DNA of 64,000 nucleotides from NCBI GenBank assembly GCA_037445065.1, contig JBBILD010000008.1, positions 64,001 to 128,000 of the forward strand, written 5' to 3'. Below, one piece after another: positions 31,776 through 42,322 of the stretch. A model generated the notes under the pieces. It did no database searches and had not been told where the DNA came from. It saw only the letters and a list, made by a program, of their open reading frames with translations. The position numbers and the translations under genes were made by a program. Origin of the DNA: Myxococcales bacterium (lineage in GTDB: Bacteria > Desulfobacterota > Binatia > HRBIN30). The number at the start of each line of letters is the position of its first letter. The first letter of the stretch is position 1.

Positions 31776-31848
31776 GTACTCCCTCCCAGAACTTTTTGCT
31801 GCATCTTGCCTGGAAAACGCCGTTGGGTCGAGAGGGTGCTGGGGTCAA

Positions 31849-31998
31849 TCATCGCGAAAAAGTCATGAAACCTTCGCCGATCTGTCACCCGCAGATGGTA
31901 GGCTCTTTCTACGGCACAACGATTGATTTCACGAAAATGTCACAATTCCTTTACGCAAAAGTCGTGAAAACCAGGTACGGTTGCCTCCACTTTGTCAT
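31849..31998 (+). promoter_or_regulatory. Pho-box-like direct repeat arrays upstream of porin-pst operon
   Basis: TC(A/G)(C/T)-type cores on an 11-bp register at 31852, 31863, 31874, 31885 (CTGTCAC), 31929, 31940 (ATGTCAC), 31951 (TTAC), 31962 and 31995 (TTGTCAT). Confidence 0.75.
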
Positions 31999-32014
31999 GT
32001 CGTGGAGGGAGCCG

Positions 32015-33466
32015 ATGGGGAGGAACGGTTACTGGGCGTTAGGGCTGTTTGCGATTCTGGCGTCCCGAGGTGCTGCTCAGGATTTTTGCCTGCTTCTGCA
32101 AGCAAAGGGCATTCTCACGAGCGAGGAAGTGACTTCGTGCCTGCAGGCGGTGCGCGGCGCCAATCCAGGAACAGGTGCGGACGATGAGCGGAGTGAAAGA
32201 ACCGCTGGCGGGTCTGGGAAGAACTCGTTTCTTCCGGCGAATTACAAGGTGGGTGCCGGGTTTTTGTGGGAAAGTGCAGAGAACGACCGTGCTGGCTATG
32301 GGGACTCTAGCCACAAGCCGAAGTTTTCCCTGGCAGTCGGGAACCGTTTGCAAGTGCGCTACACCTTCGCGGACCGAAACGAGCCCGGCGCTTCAGATAG
32401 TTCTGCCTTTCGGGTTCGCCGCTTCAAATTCTTCCTAAACGGGAACGCCTTTTATCCTTGGCTGCGCTACAAGCTGCAAGTTGATTGGGTGGGGGACCAG
32501 GAAACCGCCGGCAATCGGCCCGATTTGGACGATGCGTTGGTGGACGTGGTGTATTTCCCGTTCCTCTCAATTCAGGCTGGACAGTTCAAGGTTCCCTTCA
32601 ACCGGCAGGAGCTGAACTCTTCAGGAGCGCTGCAATTCGTTGACCGTGCGATAACAAATGCACGCTTCACGCTGGGTCGAGACCAAGGAGTGATGGTGCA
32701 TGGGACCCTTGGCGCACACGAGCGTCCTTGGCTGGAGTACGCCGCTGGCGTTTTTAACGGCAATGGCAAGAATCGCCTCGAAAAGGATAACGCAGACCAT
32801 ATGGGTGCGGCGCGTTTGCATTGGACGCCGCTAGGCCCCATGAAGTACAGCGAGTCCGATTTAGAGGGTTCGCCTACGCCGCGGCTAGGTCTAGGGGGCG
32901 CCTATGCTTTTAACGTGCTGCACGGAACCACAACTGCGCAGGCTCCCAAGACGGTACTTCTGCCTGATCCGTCAAACCCCACGCGCATGATCCCCGTTCA
33001 GGTGGGCACGGTGAGTACCGTCACGCGCCAAGATGCTGAGTACCACCGCGCAACTGCGGATGCCCACGTCCAGTGGCAGGGTGCTTCGGCTCTGGCCGAG
33101 TACTTTTTCGAGAGCCGCGACGACAAGACGCCGCAGGTGACCGAGACGGAGACGATCTTTGGCCAACTCCCGAGCACGATGACCTCGTCAGGAGCGAGAA
33201 GAGGAGTGGCCCACACCCACGGGATGAACTTCCAGGTGGGCTATTTCCTCTTGCCGCGCCGTGCGGAAGTCGCCGCGCGTTACGCTTGGGTGGATCCAGC
33301 CGGCCTGCGAAATCGTCAGGAGGAGTTGCGGGGAGCCGTCAGCTACTTTGCGCTCGGCCACGCTCTCAAGGTGCAAGCCGACGTCGGCCAAGTGGCGGTG
33401 CAACGGCCCGCGGCCGCAGATCGGCGAGACCTGGAATTCCGAACCCAGTTGCAGGTGATTTTCTGA
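32015..33466 (+). CDS. Phosphate-selective porin (OprO/OprP-like)
   Basis: GGAGG SD; signal peptide; FRVRR, GQFKVPF, LQFVDRA, RDQG, GVFNGNG, C-terminal RTQLQVIF; first gene of pst operon. Confidence 0.88.
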   Translation: MGRNGYWALGLFAILASRGAAQDFCLLLQAKGILTSEEVTSCLQAVRGANPGTGADDERSERTAGGSGKNSFLPANYKVGAGFLWESAENDRAGYGDSSHKPKFSLAVGNRLQVRYTFADRNEPGASDSSAFRVRRFKFFLNGNAFYPWLRYKLQVDWVGDQETAGNRPDLDDALVDVVYFPFLSIQAGQFKVPFNRQELNSSGALQFVDRAITNARFTLGRDQGVMVHGTLGAHERPWLEYAAGVFNGNGKNRLEKDNADHMGAARLHWTPLGPMKYSESDLEGSPTPRLGLGGAYAFNVLHGTTTAQAPKTVLLPDPSNPTRMIPVQVGTVSTVTRQDAEYHRATADAHVQWQGASALAEYFFESRDDKTPQVTETETIFGQLPSTMTSSGARRGVAHTHGMNFQVGYFLLPRRAEVAARYAWVDPAGLRNRQEELRGAVSYFALGHALKVQADVGQVAVQRPAAADRRDLEFRTQLQVIF

Positions 33467-33499
33467 TCGCGCTGTAGGTTGAAGGAAAGGAGTGAGGCA

Positions 33500-34480
33500 A
33501 TGAAGAAGGAGAAGATGGTCGTTGTTGGCCTGCTGATGCAAGTTGTCCTGCTGCTCGGGAAGGGGTTCGCAGCGGAATTGGTGCAGCTCGATCCGGCACT
33601 GCCCGTGTATGAAAAAGTCGGCGGAATTTCCGGTACACTGAACAGCATCGGATCCGACACCATGAACAACCTGATGACGTTGTGGGCGGAGGGATTCAAC
33701 AAGCATTATCCCAACGTTAAAGTGCAGGTTGAAGGAAAAGGGTCCAGCACGGCACCAGCGGCGCTCATCGCACAAACGGCGCAGTTAGGGCCGATGTCTC
33801 GCCCGATGAAAGAAAGCGAAAAGGATCAGTTCGAAGCGCGTTTTGGCTACAAGCCGGCGGAAATCCGCGTCGCCATCGATGCGTTGTCTGTGTTCGTGCA
33901 TAAGGACAATCCGCTCAGCGCCCTCTCCTTGCCGCAGGTAGATGCGATTTTCTCGAAGACGCGCCGACTTGGTTATCCCAGGGACCTGCGATTTTGGGGG
34001 GACCTGGGGCTCGAGGGACCTTGGGTTAATCGCCGCATCAGTCTGTACGGGAGAAATTCCGCGTCCGGTACATACGGTTTCTTCAAGGAACACGTCCTCG
34101 GCAACGGGGACTTCAAGGACGAGGTTAAAGAGCAACCCGGTTCTGCTTCTGTGGTACAAGGGGTAAGCGCCGATCCGGCTGGAATCGGCTACAGCGGGAT
34201 TGGTTATCGTACCTCTGGTGTGAAGGCGCTGGCTCTAGCAGAACAAGAAGGCGGCAAGCCGGTAGAACCGAGTCCAGAGAACGTGTACGATGGTTCGTAC
34301 CCGTTAGCGCGCTTCCTGTTCGTGTATGTGAACAAACCGCCCACTCAGCCGCTTCCGCCACTGGTACGCGAGTTTTTGCGATTCATTCTCTCGAAGGAAG
34401 GACAAGCGATCGTAGTCAAGGACGGTTACCTCCCCTTGCCCGCGAAGGTGTTGTTGGAGGAAAGGGCCAAGCTGAATTGA
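33500..34480 (+). CDS. pstS: Phosphate ABC transporter substrate-binding protein
   Basis: GSDTM, GKGSSTA, MSR, GRNSASGTYGFF, YPLARFL. Confidence 0.97.
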   Translation: MKKEKMVVVGLLMQVVLLLGKGFAAELVQLDPALPVYEKVGGISGTLNSIGSDTMNNLMTLWAEGFNKHYPNVKVQVEGKGSSTAPAALIAQTAQLGPMSRPMKESEKDQFEARFGYKPAEIRVAIDALSVFVHKDNPLSALSLPQVDAIFSKTRRLGYPRDLRFWGDLGLEGPWVNRRISLYGRNSASGTYGFFKEHVLGNGDFKDEVKEQPGSASVVQGVSADPAGIGYSGIGYRTSGVKALALAEQEGGKPVEPSPENVYDGSYPLARFLFVYVNKPPTQPLPPLVREFLRFILSKEGQAIVVKDGYLPLPAKVLLEERAKLN

Positions 34481-34523
34481 CTCGGCGCCAGGGCACAGGT
34501 CGGCACCACGCCGAAATTGTCGA

Positions 34524-36749
34524 ATGACTGAGTTCCGTGTTGCGATAGGCAAACGCCGCGCTTTTCGCCGACGCTTGGCTGACGCCCTTGCGCATGGGGT
34601 GGCCACAGCGGGCGGGCTCGCCACGGTGCTGGGCATCGGCACCATGCTGTTGTTTTTGACTGCAGAGGTGGCGCCTTTGTGGCAGGGTGCCCGTGTGCAG
34701 TTGGAAGGACGAGTGCCCCTGGGCGAGCAGCCGTCACTCTTGTGGGTCTCCACTGACGAATACCGCGAACTCGTTCAAGCGATTCGCGCGGATGGAAGCA
34801 TCGAGTGGAGGCGGGTGGCCGATGGTCGCGTGGTACACAACAGCCGGCTCCCCGGTACCGAGGGCTTGGGAGTGGAGGCCGTGCAAAGCCCGCGGTCCGG
34901 ACAAGTGGTGTACTGGCGTTCCGATGGTGTCCTGGTGGCCGCAAACGTCGTCACCCATACAGAATACACCGCGGCAGGACGCGCACTCAGGCCAGAGACG
35001 GCCGAACTCGGCCGCTGGAATCTACTGCCCCCTGGCCAGACTCCCCGTCTCTTTTCCACCGGCGCGTACACGGACAAGGGGATATCGGCTGCTTGGCTTC
35101 GTGCCGATGGTGCGGTCGAGTGGTGGAGTGTGCGCGAACAGCGCTCCCTGCTGGGCGGTGGGCGCCAAGTAGAAATGCGCGAAGTCATCCGAACTGCTGA
35201 TGGTGCCCGAGTGCAGTCGATGGTGCTCAACCATGCCGGCAACCAGTTGCTCATGGGCACCGATGAGGGAACTCTCGAAGTTTGGCAGAGAGGTCCATCC
35301 GCGAGCCAACTGATAGACCGGCGTAGGGCGGCGGATCGAGCGAGTATCTCCGTGTTGGCCTTTCTGCTGGGCGAGCGTGCAGTTGCGGTAGGCGACTCGG
35401 CCGGAGGCGTTTCGGTGTGGCAGTTGATCAGAGATCCGCAAACGACCACCGGTCATCGCCTGGTACGCATTCATTCCTTTCGTCCTCATCAGGCCCCGGT
35501 GGTGCAAATCGCTCGCTCGGAGCGAGACCGATCCTTTGTTTCCGCGGACAGCACCGGAACACTGCTTTTACGCCACTCCACTTCCGAGCAAACGCTGGCA
35601 GAAATTCCCGCCGGCTCGGTTCGATTTCTCGTTTTTGCTCCGAAGGGAGACGGGTTGTTGCAAATCACCTTGGGAAGCGAAGCGCGAGCGTGGCGCCTGG
35701 AGAACCCGCATCCCGAAGTTACGCTGAAAACCTTGTTCGGTAAGGTTTGGTACGAAGGTTACGATGAACCAGCGTACGTTTGGCAGTCGACTGGCGGAAC
35801 AGACGACTTTGAGCCCAAGCTCAGTCTCGTCCCGCTCGTATTTGGTACCGTCAAAGGAACGCTGTACGCGCTGCTCTTTTCGGTTCCCATCTCGTTGTTA
35901 GCGGCGCTTTACGTCTCGCAGTTCAGTCCGCCTCGGTTGCGCTCTGCGATCAAGCCGGTGGTGGAAATCATGGCGGCTTTGCCGAGCGTGGTGTTGGGCT
36001 TTGTCGCGGGGCTTGTGTTGGCCCCGGCAGTCGAGAAGCACATCGTTGGAGTACTGATGGCGTTGCCGCTGGCTCCCTTGAGCGTATTCTTGGCAGGGCT
36101 CCTTTGGCACGCTTGTCCTGCGGTCGTGCGGGCGAGAATGCCGCACGGGGGAGAGGTAGTTGTCGCCAGCGTGTTCTTAGCCATCACCGGGTACTTTTTC
36201 TGGGTGACGAGCGCCTACTGGGAGCAGCTCCTGTTTGCAGGCGATTTCCGCCACTGGATCTCAGAGGTCGGATTGGGGCGGTTCGATCAGCGCAATTGCT
36301 TGGTGGTAGGGTTGGCCATGGGGTTTGCGGTCATCCCCATCATTTTCACGATTGCTGAGGATGCACTGGCCAACGTTCCTCAGCGACTCGTGTCCGCATC
36401 TTTGGCCCTGGGTGCTACTCGCTGGCAGACGGCGGTACGTGTGGTGCTGCCTGCGGCGAGCCCGGGTATTTTCTCCGCAATCATGATCGGCTTTGGGCGC
36501 GCTGTGGGCGAGACCATGATCGTGCTCATGGCAACGGGCAACACCCCGGTTCTGGACTGGAGCGTGTTCACTGGCATGCGTACGCTTTCGGCAAATGTTG
36601 CGGTGGAGATTCCCGAAGCACCATTCGGTGGGACGCTCTATCGCGTGCTGTTTTTGGCCGCGCTCATGCTGTTCGTAATCACGTTTATCGCCAATACGCT
36701 CGCCGAGGTCGTGCGCCAGCGGCTGCGCGAGCGATACCAGCGACTCTGA
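34524..36749 (+). CDS. pstC: Phosphate ABC permease PstC with large periplasmic beta-propeller insert
   Basis: [33 protein letters not shown]. Confidence 0.95.
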   Translation: MTEFRVAIGKRRAFRRRLADALAHGVATAGGLATVLGIGTMLLFLTAEVAPLWQGARVQLEGRVPLGEQPSLLWVSTDEYRELVQAIRADGSIEWRRVADGRVVHNSRLPGTEGLGVEAVQSPRSGQVVYWRSDGVLVAANVVTHTEYTAAGRALRPETAELGRWNLLPPGQTPRLFSTGAYTDKGISAAWLRADGAVEWWSVREQRSLLGGGRQVEMREVIRTADGARVQSMVLNHAGNQLLMGTDEGTLEVWQRGPSASQLIDRRRAADRASISVLAFLLGERAVAVGDSAGGVSVWQLIRDPQTTTGHRLVRIHSFRPHQAPVVQIARSERDRSFVSADSTGTLLLRHSTSEQTLAEIPAGSVRFLVFAPKGDGLLQITLGSEARAWRLENPHPEVTLKTLFGKVWYEGYDEPAYVWQSTGGTDDFEPKLSLVPLVFGTVKGTLYALLFSVPISLLAALYVSQFSPPRLRSAIKPVVEIMAALPSVVLGFVAGLVLAPAVEKHIVGVLMALPLAPLSVFLAGLLWHACPAVVRARMPHGGEVVVASVFLAITGYFFWVTSAYWEQLLFAGDFRHWISEVGLGRFDQRNCLVVGLAMGFAVIPIIFTIAEDALANVPQRLVSASLALGATRWQTAVRVVLPAASPGIFSAIMIGFGRAVGETMIVLMATGNTPVLDWSVFTGMRTLSANVAVEIPEAPFGGTLYRVLFLAALMLFVITFIANTLAEVVRQRLRERYQRL

Positions 36750-36767
36750 AGTGAGGCCAGAGCCACA

Positions 36768-38384
36768 ATGCAGAGTAGGGTGTGGAAGTCAGGCGACCCT
36801 TTCATTTGGCTTGCCGCAGGAGCGCTGGGGACCGCCCTGTTGATGATCGGCGGGCTGTTCTGGCTCATCATTACCCGAGCCCTAGGTGTCTTCTGGCCGG
36901 CGGAACTCGTACTGCTCGAGCTTCGCACGGGAGAGCGATTCCTCGGCCACATTGGCGCCGTCGAGGCGAGTCCGGATCCGGAAAACAGCAAGACTCTGGT
37001 CAGGAGAATCCAGGTGCAAGTGGCCAACCGGGATCTGTCTTCCGCAGACTTTGTGTGGATCGATGAGGACCAGATTGCGAGCCGCACCCGGCCCACCGAT
37101 GCCATCGTCGTGGAACGCCAGGAATGGGGCAACCTTTTCGGGTGGTTGGTGGCTGTGACCGAGGATGGCGAGCCCATCGCCCAGGGAAGCGAACAGAGTT
37201 GGCAAGTCTTACAACAAATGCTTCCGCAGGTGGCAGCACAGAGAGGCAGAATTCGCCGGCTCGAGCAGCGGCAGCTTGGGGATATCAACTACCGAATGGA
37301 ACAGACTCGCCTCGAGATGAAGCGTTACGAACTGCGCGGGGACGACGCTGGCGCGCTCCAGGGTGTTCGCGAGCGGCTGACCCGGCTGCAAGCAGAGTAC
37401 GAGCAAGTGTATGCCCGACTCGAAGCCATGAAGCGGGAGGCGCAGCGCACGGTGGCGGTGTTTCAAACGGCCAGTGGGCAGGAAAAAAGCGTCCCTCTGG
37501 TACAAGTCGTTCGCGCATACTGGCCCAACCAAATGTCTACCTGGCAGAAGGTGCGTTTGTATTGCGCCAAGTTTTGGGAGTTTGTGAGCGGCGAGCCGCG
37601 CGAATCGAATACCGAGGGCGGAGTGTTCCCGGCGATTTTTGGAACCGTGCTCATGGTGCTGATCATGAGCTGCGCGGTCGTTCCCTTTGGAGTGCTTGCT
37701 GCGCTGTATCTGCGTGAGTATGCGCGCCAGGGGCCGGCGGTGCGCCTCGTCCGGATCGCCGTGAACAACCTGGCAGGCGTGCCCTCGATCGTGTTCGGCG
37801 TGTTCGGCTTGGGTTTTTTCATTTACTCGGTGGGCGGCAGCATAGACAGTTGGCTTTTCGCGGAGCGGCTGCCAACCCCGACCTTTGGGACAGGTGGAAT
37901 CCTGTGGGCGTCCCTCACGCTTGCGCTGCTCACGGTTCCGGTCGTAATCGTTGCTACCGAAGAGGCGCTTGCGGCTGTGCCCCGTGAACATCGCGAGGGC
38001 TCGCTTGCGCTCGGGGCCACGAAGTATGAGACGATCCGCAACGTCGTCTTGCCGAGTGCGCTGCCTGGAGTGTTTACTGGGTTGATCTTGGCCATGGCTC
38101 GTGGTGCCGGTGAAGTGGCTCCCCTCATGATCACCGGTGTTGTCAAGCTCGCCCCGAGCCTGCCGCTCGATCATCATTGGCCGTATTTGCACCTGGATCG
38201 GAAGTTCATGCACCTCGGTTTCCACATCTACGATGTCGGGTTTCAATCGCCGAACGTTGAAGCCGCTAAACCGATGGTGTACGCAACCACACTGTTATTG
38301 GTGAGTATTGTGGTATTCTTGAATCTTACAGCGATCTTTCTGCGCGCGCGGATTCGTAAACGCTTGCACGCCGGCGCTTTCTGA
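36768..38384 (+). CDS. pstA: Phosphate ABC permease PstA with periplasmic coiled-coil insert
   Basis: [37 protein letters not shown]. Confidence 0.96.
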   Translation: MQSRVWKSGDPFIWLAAGALGTALLMIGGLFWLIITRALGVFWPAELVLLELRTGERFLGHIGAVEASPDPENSKTLVRRIQVQVANRDLSSADFVWIDEDQIASRTRPTDAIVVERQEWGNLFGWLVAVTEDGEPIAQGSEQSWQVLQQMLPQVAAQRGRIRRLEQRQLGDINYRMEQTRLEMKRYELRGDDAGALQGVRERLTRLQAEYEQVYARLEAMKREAQRTVAVFQTASGQEKSVPLVQVVRAYWPNQMSTWQKVRLYCAKFWEFVSGEPRESNTEGGVFPAIFGTVLMVLIMSCAVVPFGVLAALYLREYARQGPAVRLVRIAVNNLAGVPSIVFGVFGLGFFIYSVGGSIDSWLFAERLPTPTFGTGGILWASLTLALLTVPVVIVATEEALAAVPREHREGSLALGATKYETIRNVVLPSALPGVFTGLILAMARGAGEVAPLMITGVVKLAPSLPLDHHWPYLHLDRKFMHLGFHIYDVGFQSPNVEAAKPMVYATTLLLVSIVVFLNLTAIFLRARIRKRLHAGAF

Positions 38385-38395
38385 GCGGGCCATTC

Positions 38396-39268
38396 ATGAA
38401 AGTGGGAAACCCAGGGGCCACGTTAAGCTTTCCTGTTTCCGACCGGGTTGTGCGCGAGCGCGTCTCGGAAGAAGGGCTAACGCAGGCGTTGGCGTCGAGG
38501 GGCGAACTCCCCGACGCGATTTTAAGCGTGCGGAACCTTTCATTGAGTTACGACGGACAGCATTGGGCGTTGCAAGACATTTCCCTGGATATCCCGCGCC
38601 ACCGTGTCACCGCGTTTATTGGCCCCTCCGGATGTGGCAAATCCACCCTTCTCCGCTGCTTTAACCGTTTGAACGACTTGATCGACGGAGTGCAGATTCG
38701 GGGTATGATCAACCTGGATGGGATGAACATTTACGATCCCAGGTTGGCCGTTACTTCGTTGCGCAAGCGCGTGGGCATGGTTTTCCAAAGGTCCAATCCA
38801 TTTCCGAAATCCATCTACGACAACGTGGCATACGGGCCGCGTCTGAGCGGCAGCCGCAATCGCCGCGAGCTGGATGAGATCGTAGAGCGAGGCCTGCGAG
38901 CGGCGGCTTTGTGGGACGAGGTCAAAGATCGGCTCGACGATAATGCCTTGAGCTTGTCTGGAGGCCAACAGCAGCGATTGTGCATCGCTCGCGCGCTTGC
39001 CGTGGAACCCGAAGTCCTCTTGATGGACGAGCCTTGCTCCGCGCTGGATCCGATTGCGACCGCAAAAATCGAGGCCCTCATTCACGAACTCAAGGGGCGG
39101 TATACGATCGTTGTGGTCACGCACAATATGCAGCAGGCTGCGCGCGTCTCCGATTACACTGCGTTTTTGTACCTCGGGCGCTTGGTGGAGTACGGTGCCA
39201 CGGATAAAATCTTCACGAATCCAGATCAAAAGGAAACGGAAGATTACATTACTGGCCGCTTTGGCTGA
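38396..39268 (+). CDS. pstB: Phosphate ABC ATPase
   Basis: [39 protein letters not shown]. Confidence 0.98.
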   Translation: MKVGNPGATLSFPVSDRVVRERVSEEGLTQALASRGELPDAILSVRNLSLSYDGQHWALQDISLDIPRHRVTAFIGPSGCGKSTLLRCFNRLNDLIDGVQIRGMINLDGMNIYDPRLAVTSLRKRVGMVFQRSNPFPKSIYDNVAYGPRLSGSRNRRELDEIVERGLRAAALWDEVKDRLDDNALSLSGGQQQRLCIARALAVEPEVLLMDEPCSALDPIATAKIEALIHELKGRYTIVVVTHNMQQAARVSDYTAFLYLGRLVEYGATDKIFTNPDQKETEDYITGRFG

Positions 39269-39288
39269 GTAGGGACGAGGAGAACGGC

Positions 39289-39978
39289 TTGCCGCAGCGC
39301 GCGCACACCGACCCGCACTTCGACGAAGAGCTGAGAAAGTTGCACGAGAAGCTTCTCGAGATGGGGGGCTTAATCGAAAACCAGATCGCCACAGCATTGG
39401 ACGCACTCGTGCAGCGAGACGATAGCCTTGCGCGGCTGACCATCGAGCAAGACCATGCTGTCAATCGGCTCGATGTAGAGATTGATGATATGTGCTTGCG
39501 TTTGCTCGCGCGTTACCAGCCGGCTGCCCGCGATCTTCGCTTGATTACGACTGCGCTGAAAATCACCACGGATATGGAACGCATTGGCGACATGGCAGTG
39601 AACATGTGCGAGCGGGCGTTGGAACTCAATCAGGAGCCCCCGCTGAAACCGTTCATTGACATCCCTCGCATGGTGGACATCGCGTTGGGAATGTTGCGGG
39701 AGAGCTTGAACGCCTTTGTCAGGGAGGACGTGGAACTGGCGCTCAAGGTGTGCCGCGATGACGATCAAATCGATGCCCTGACTCATCAGGTCTTTCGCGA
39801 ACTGCTCTCCTACATGATGGAAGACCCGCACTCGATCACTCGAGGGATTCGCTTGATGTTCGTGGCGAAGTATATCGAGCGGATCGCGGATCACGCGACC
39901 AATATCGGTGAGATGGTTGTGTTCATGGTGAAGGGAAAAAGCATCCGCCACTTGGATCGGATTCCCCCCTCGGTTTGA
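39289..39978 (+). CDS. phoU: Phosphate signalling protein PhoU
   Basis: QPAARDLR, ERIGD, ERIADHATNI; TTG start with GAGGAG SD. Confidence 0.97.
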   Translation: MPQRAHTDPHFDEELRKLHEKLLEMGGLIENQIATALDALVQRDDSLARLTIEQDHAVNRLDVEIDDMCLRLLARYQPAARDLRLITTALKITTDMERIGDMAVNMCERALELNQEPPLKPFIDIPRMVDIALGMLRESLNAFVREDVELALKVCRDDDQIDALTHQVFRELLSYMMEDPHSITRGIRLMFVAKYIERIADHATNIGEMVVFMVKGKSIRHLDRIPPSV

Positions 39979-39984
39979 GTTGTC

Positions 39985-40752
39985 ATGGGTGCGAGTGCGT
40001 CGAGTCGTAACTCAGTTGGCCCGGTCGCAAGACCCCGACCCCATATTTTAGTGGTCGAGGACGAACCGGACCTGGCGGAGTTGATTCGCTTCCATCTCGA
40101 GCAAGAAGGCTTCGCTGTCCGGGTTTGCGGAGCGGGAGACGTCGCCTTGGAAGAAGCGCGCCGCAGCCGCCCCGATGCCGTTTTGCTGGATTTGCTGTTG
40201 CCGGGAATCTCCGGCCTGGAGGTTTGCCGACGGATTCGAACCGACGCGCGGTTGGCAACGGTACCCGTGATCATGGTGACGGCGAAGGCGGACGAAGCGG
40301 ATCGGGTTATCGGCCTCGAGCTCGGTGCGGATGATTACATCACCAAACCGTTTAGCCCACGCGAACTTGTGGCTCGGGTACGCGCGGTTCTGCGGCGCGC
40401 ATACGCCGAGCAGCCAGCGCGCGCTCCTGACGTTTACGAGCGGGGTTGGTTGCGAGTGGACTTCGACCAGTACGAGGTCCAAGTTGCCGGGAAACCCGTA
40501 GAACTCTCGCGCAAGGAGTTCGAACTGCTCCGGTTTTTCCTTCGCCACCCGAATCGCGTGTTCGATCGCTTGCAGATCCTCGACTCCGTTTGGGGAGAGG
40601 ACACCCATGTCGAGGTGCGGACCGTGGACGTGCATATTCGCCGCCTGCGTCTACTGTTGGAAGAGGAACCGACCCCTCGCTTACTCGTGACTGTACGTGG
40701 TGTCGGTTATAAGCTCGATGAACGAGCTCTAGACCGGCCGCGGAATTCTTAA
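39985..40752 (+). CDS. phoB: OmpR-family response regulator PhoB
   Basis: VVEDE, LLDLLLP, GADDYITKPFS, RTVDVHIRRLR, TVRGVGY; context. Confidence 0.93.
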   Translation: MGASASSRNSVGPVARPRPHILVVEDEPDLAELIRFHLEQEGFAVRVCGAGDVALEEARRSRPDAVLLDLLLPGISGLEVCRRIRTDARLATVPVIMVTAKADEADRVIGLELGADDYITKPFSPRELVARVRAVLRRAYAEQPARAPDVYERGWLRVDFDQYEVQVAGKPVELSRKEFELLRFFLRHPNRVFDRLQILDSVWGEDTHVEVRTVDVHIRRLRLLLEEEPTPRLLVTVRGVGYKLDERALDRPRNS

Positions 40753-40798
40753 ATCGGTATTGCCTGCACTGGCTGCGAGGCAAAGCGGCGGACAAGAA

Positions 40799-42094
40799 GT
40801 GACTCCTCTCGAAATTGCATTGAGCGTACTTTGCGCGGGTTTGGTTGTGCTCGGATGGCGGACGTATCGTTTGGTTCGCTCGCTCGACCAAGGCCTCGCC
40901 AGTGTGCTCGACCGAGGCAGTCGCTTCGCAGTCTTGCCGCGGCGGCACTTGGTGCTGTCGCCGCTCGAGAGGAAGATACAGCTCGTCTTAGAGTCTTTTG
41001 AGCAACGCCTCGCCGAGGCGCAAAGGGAGCAAACCTGGTTTCGCGCAACTGTGCAGGCGATGCAGGAAGGGGTCCTGGTCCTCGACGAGCAAGGCGAGGT
41101 CCTCATGATGAACCCTGCCGCAGGCCGCTTGTTGCAAGTCGAGCAGGCGATCGAGGGGAAGACCTTGATCGAGGTGTGGCGAGAGCCTGCGGTGTGGGAG
41201 ATGGTCAAAGAATCGCTTCAGGCCGATCGCCGAAGCGAGGTTGAGATCGAAGCTGCGCCTGGTAGGCGGTACGTGCGAGTCAGCGCCAACTCGGTTCCTA
41301 CCGGTGAGCAAAGGCTCGTCTTATTGGTGTTGCGCGATGTGACCGCTGAGCGCCGTCTGGAGCAGATGCGGCGGGATTTTGTAGCCAATGTGTCCCATGA
41401 ACTCCGGACACCCTTGGCGGCGATTCAAGGATATGCCGAAACCTTATTGGAAGGTGCATTAGAGCGGCCGGATTCAGCGCGCCGATTCGTCGAGGTGATT
41501 GCTCGGCATGCCCGTCAACTGGCCCGCTTGGCTGAAGATCTGCTGACGTTATCGAACCTTGAGCTTGGGCGTACCCGGCTCGAGATCGGGCCGTGTGAAA
41601 GCGGAGCCGCGGTGGCAGACGCAGTGGAGGCTGTGAGCGCTTTGGCTCGCTCGCGAGAAGTGCACGTGGTGGTTGACTGCCCTTCGCCCTCTCCCACGAT
41701 GCTCGCAGACCCGGATCGGGTTCAGCAAATCTTGGTCAATCTGCTGGATAACGCCATTAAATATTCCCCGCAGGGGGCGACTGTCACCGTTCGAATCCGG
41801 GAGGTCAGCGAGGCTGCTGGTACTCATTTACTTGCCACAACCCCGGTTGGCCGCTGGGTGGAGATCCTGGTCGAAGATCGTGGGGAAGGAATTCCGAGCC
41901 GCGACTTGCCGAGAATCACCGAGCGCTTTTACCGAGTGGATCGAGCCCGCTCCCGCGCCAGCGGCGGGACCGGACTTGGCCTCGCCATTGTCAAGCACTT
42001 GCTACAGCTTCACGGGGGTGCCCTGCGCATCGAGAGCGAACTGGGCCACGGTACGCGCGTGAGCGCGTACCTGCCCGCAACTTTGGGGAATTGA
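40799..42094 (+). CDS. phoR: Sensor histidine kinase PhoR (PAS)
   Basis: DFVANVSHELRTP, NLLDNAIKY, ERFYRVD, GGTGLGLAIVKH; start 40760 or 40799. Confidence 0.93.
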   Translation: MTPLEIALSVLCAGLVVLGWRTYRLVRSLDQGLASVLDRGSRFAVLPRRHLVLSPLERKIQLVLESFEQRLAEAQREQTWFRATVQAMQEGVLVLDEQGEVLMMNPAAGRLLQVEQAIEGKTLIEVWREPAVWEMVKESLQADRRSEVEIEAAPGRRYVRVSANSVPTGEQRLVLLVLRDVTAERRLEQMRRDFVANVSHELRTPLAAIQGYAETLLEGALERPDSARRFVEVIARHARQLARLAEDLLTLSNLELGRTRLEIGPCESGAAVADAVEAVSALARSREVHVVVDCPSPSPTMLADPDRVQQILVNLLDNAIKYSPQGATVTVRIREVSEAAGTHLLATTPVGRWVEILVEDRGEGIPSRDLPRITERFYRVDRARSRASGGTGLGLAIVKHLLQLHGGALRIESELGHGTRVSAYLPATLGN

Positions 42095-42241
42095 CACGAG
42101 AACATCCCCTGCCCAGCAAAGACGGAGGCGGGGTTGCAGCCTAGCTTTTTGGAGCTGCACCGCGCAGACCGGGCCAAACCCCGATTCGTGCAGGTTGGAA
42201 CAGTCGCTCGGTGTAGTGCCGGTGCGACGGAGCGCTTGACG

Positions 42242-42257
42242 TGGAACGGAAGGTGCT
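42242..42257 (+). promoter_or_regulatory. Putative sigma54 promoter of hsp20 cluster
   Basis: TGGAACGGAAGGTGCT has GG-N10-GC spacing with two mismatches to consensus; overlaps a weak TTGACG..TACTTC. Confidence 0.45.
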
Positions 42258-42322
42258 TACTTCCCTTGCGTCGTCGCGCCAAGAAACGCGAGGCAAAAAC
42301 GATGAGCAAAGGAGGGATTGAT

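Noticed and set aside
31703..32014. 104-codon N-terminal extension of the porin ORF
   Set aside because: Overlaps the divergent GST start and the Pho boxes; SD and signal peptide fit ATG 32015
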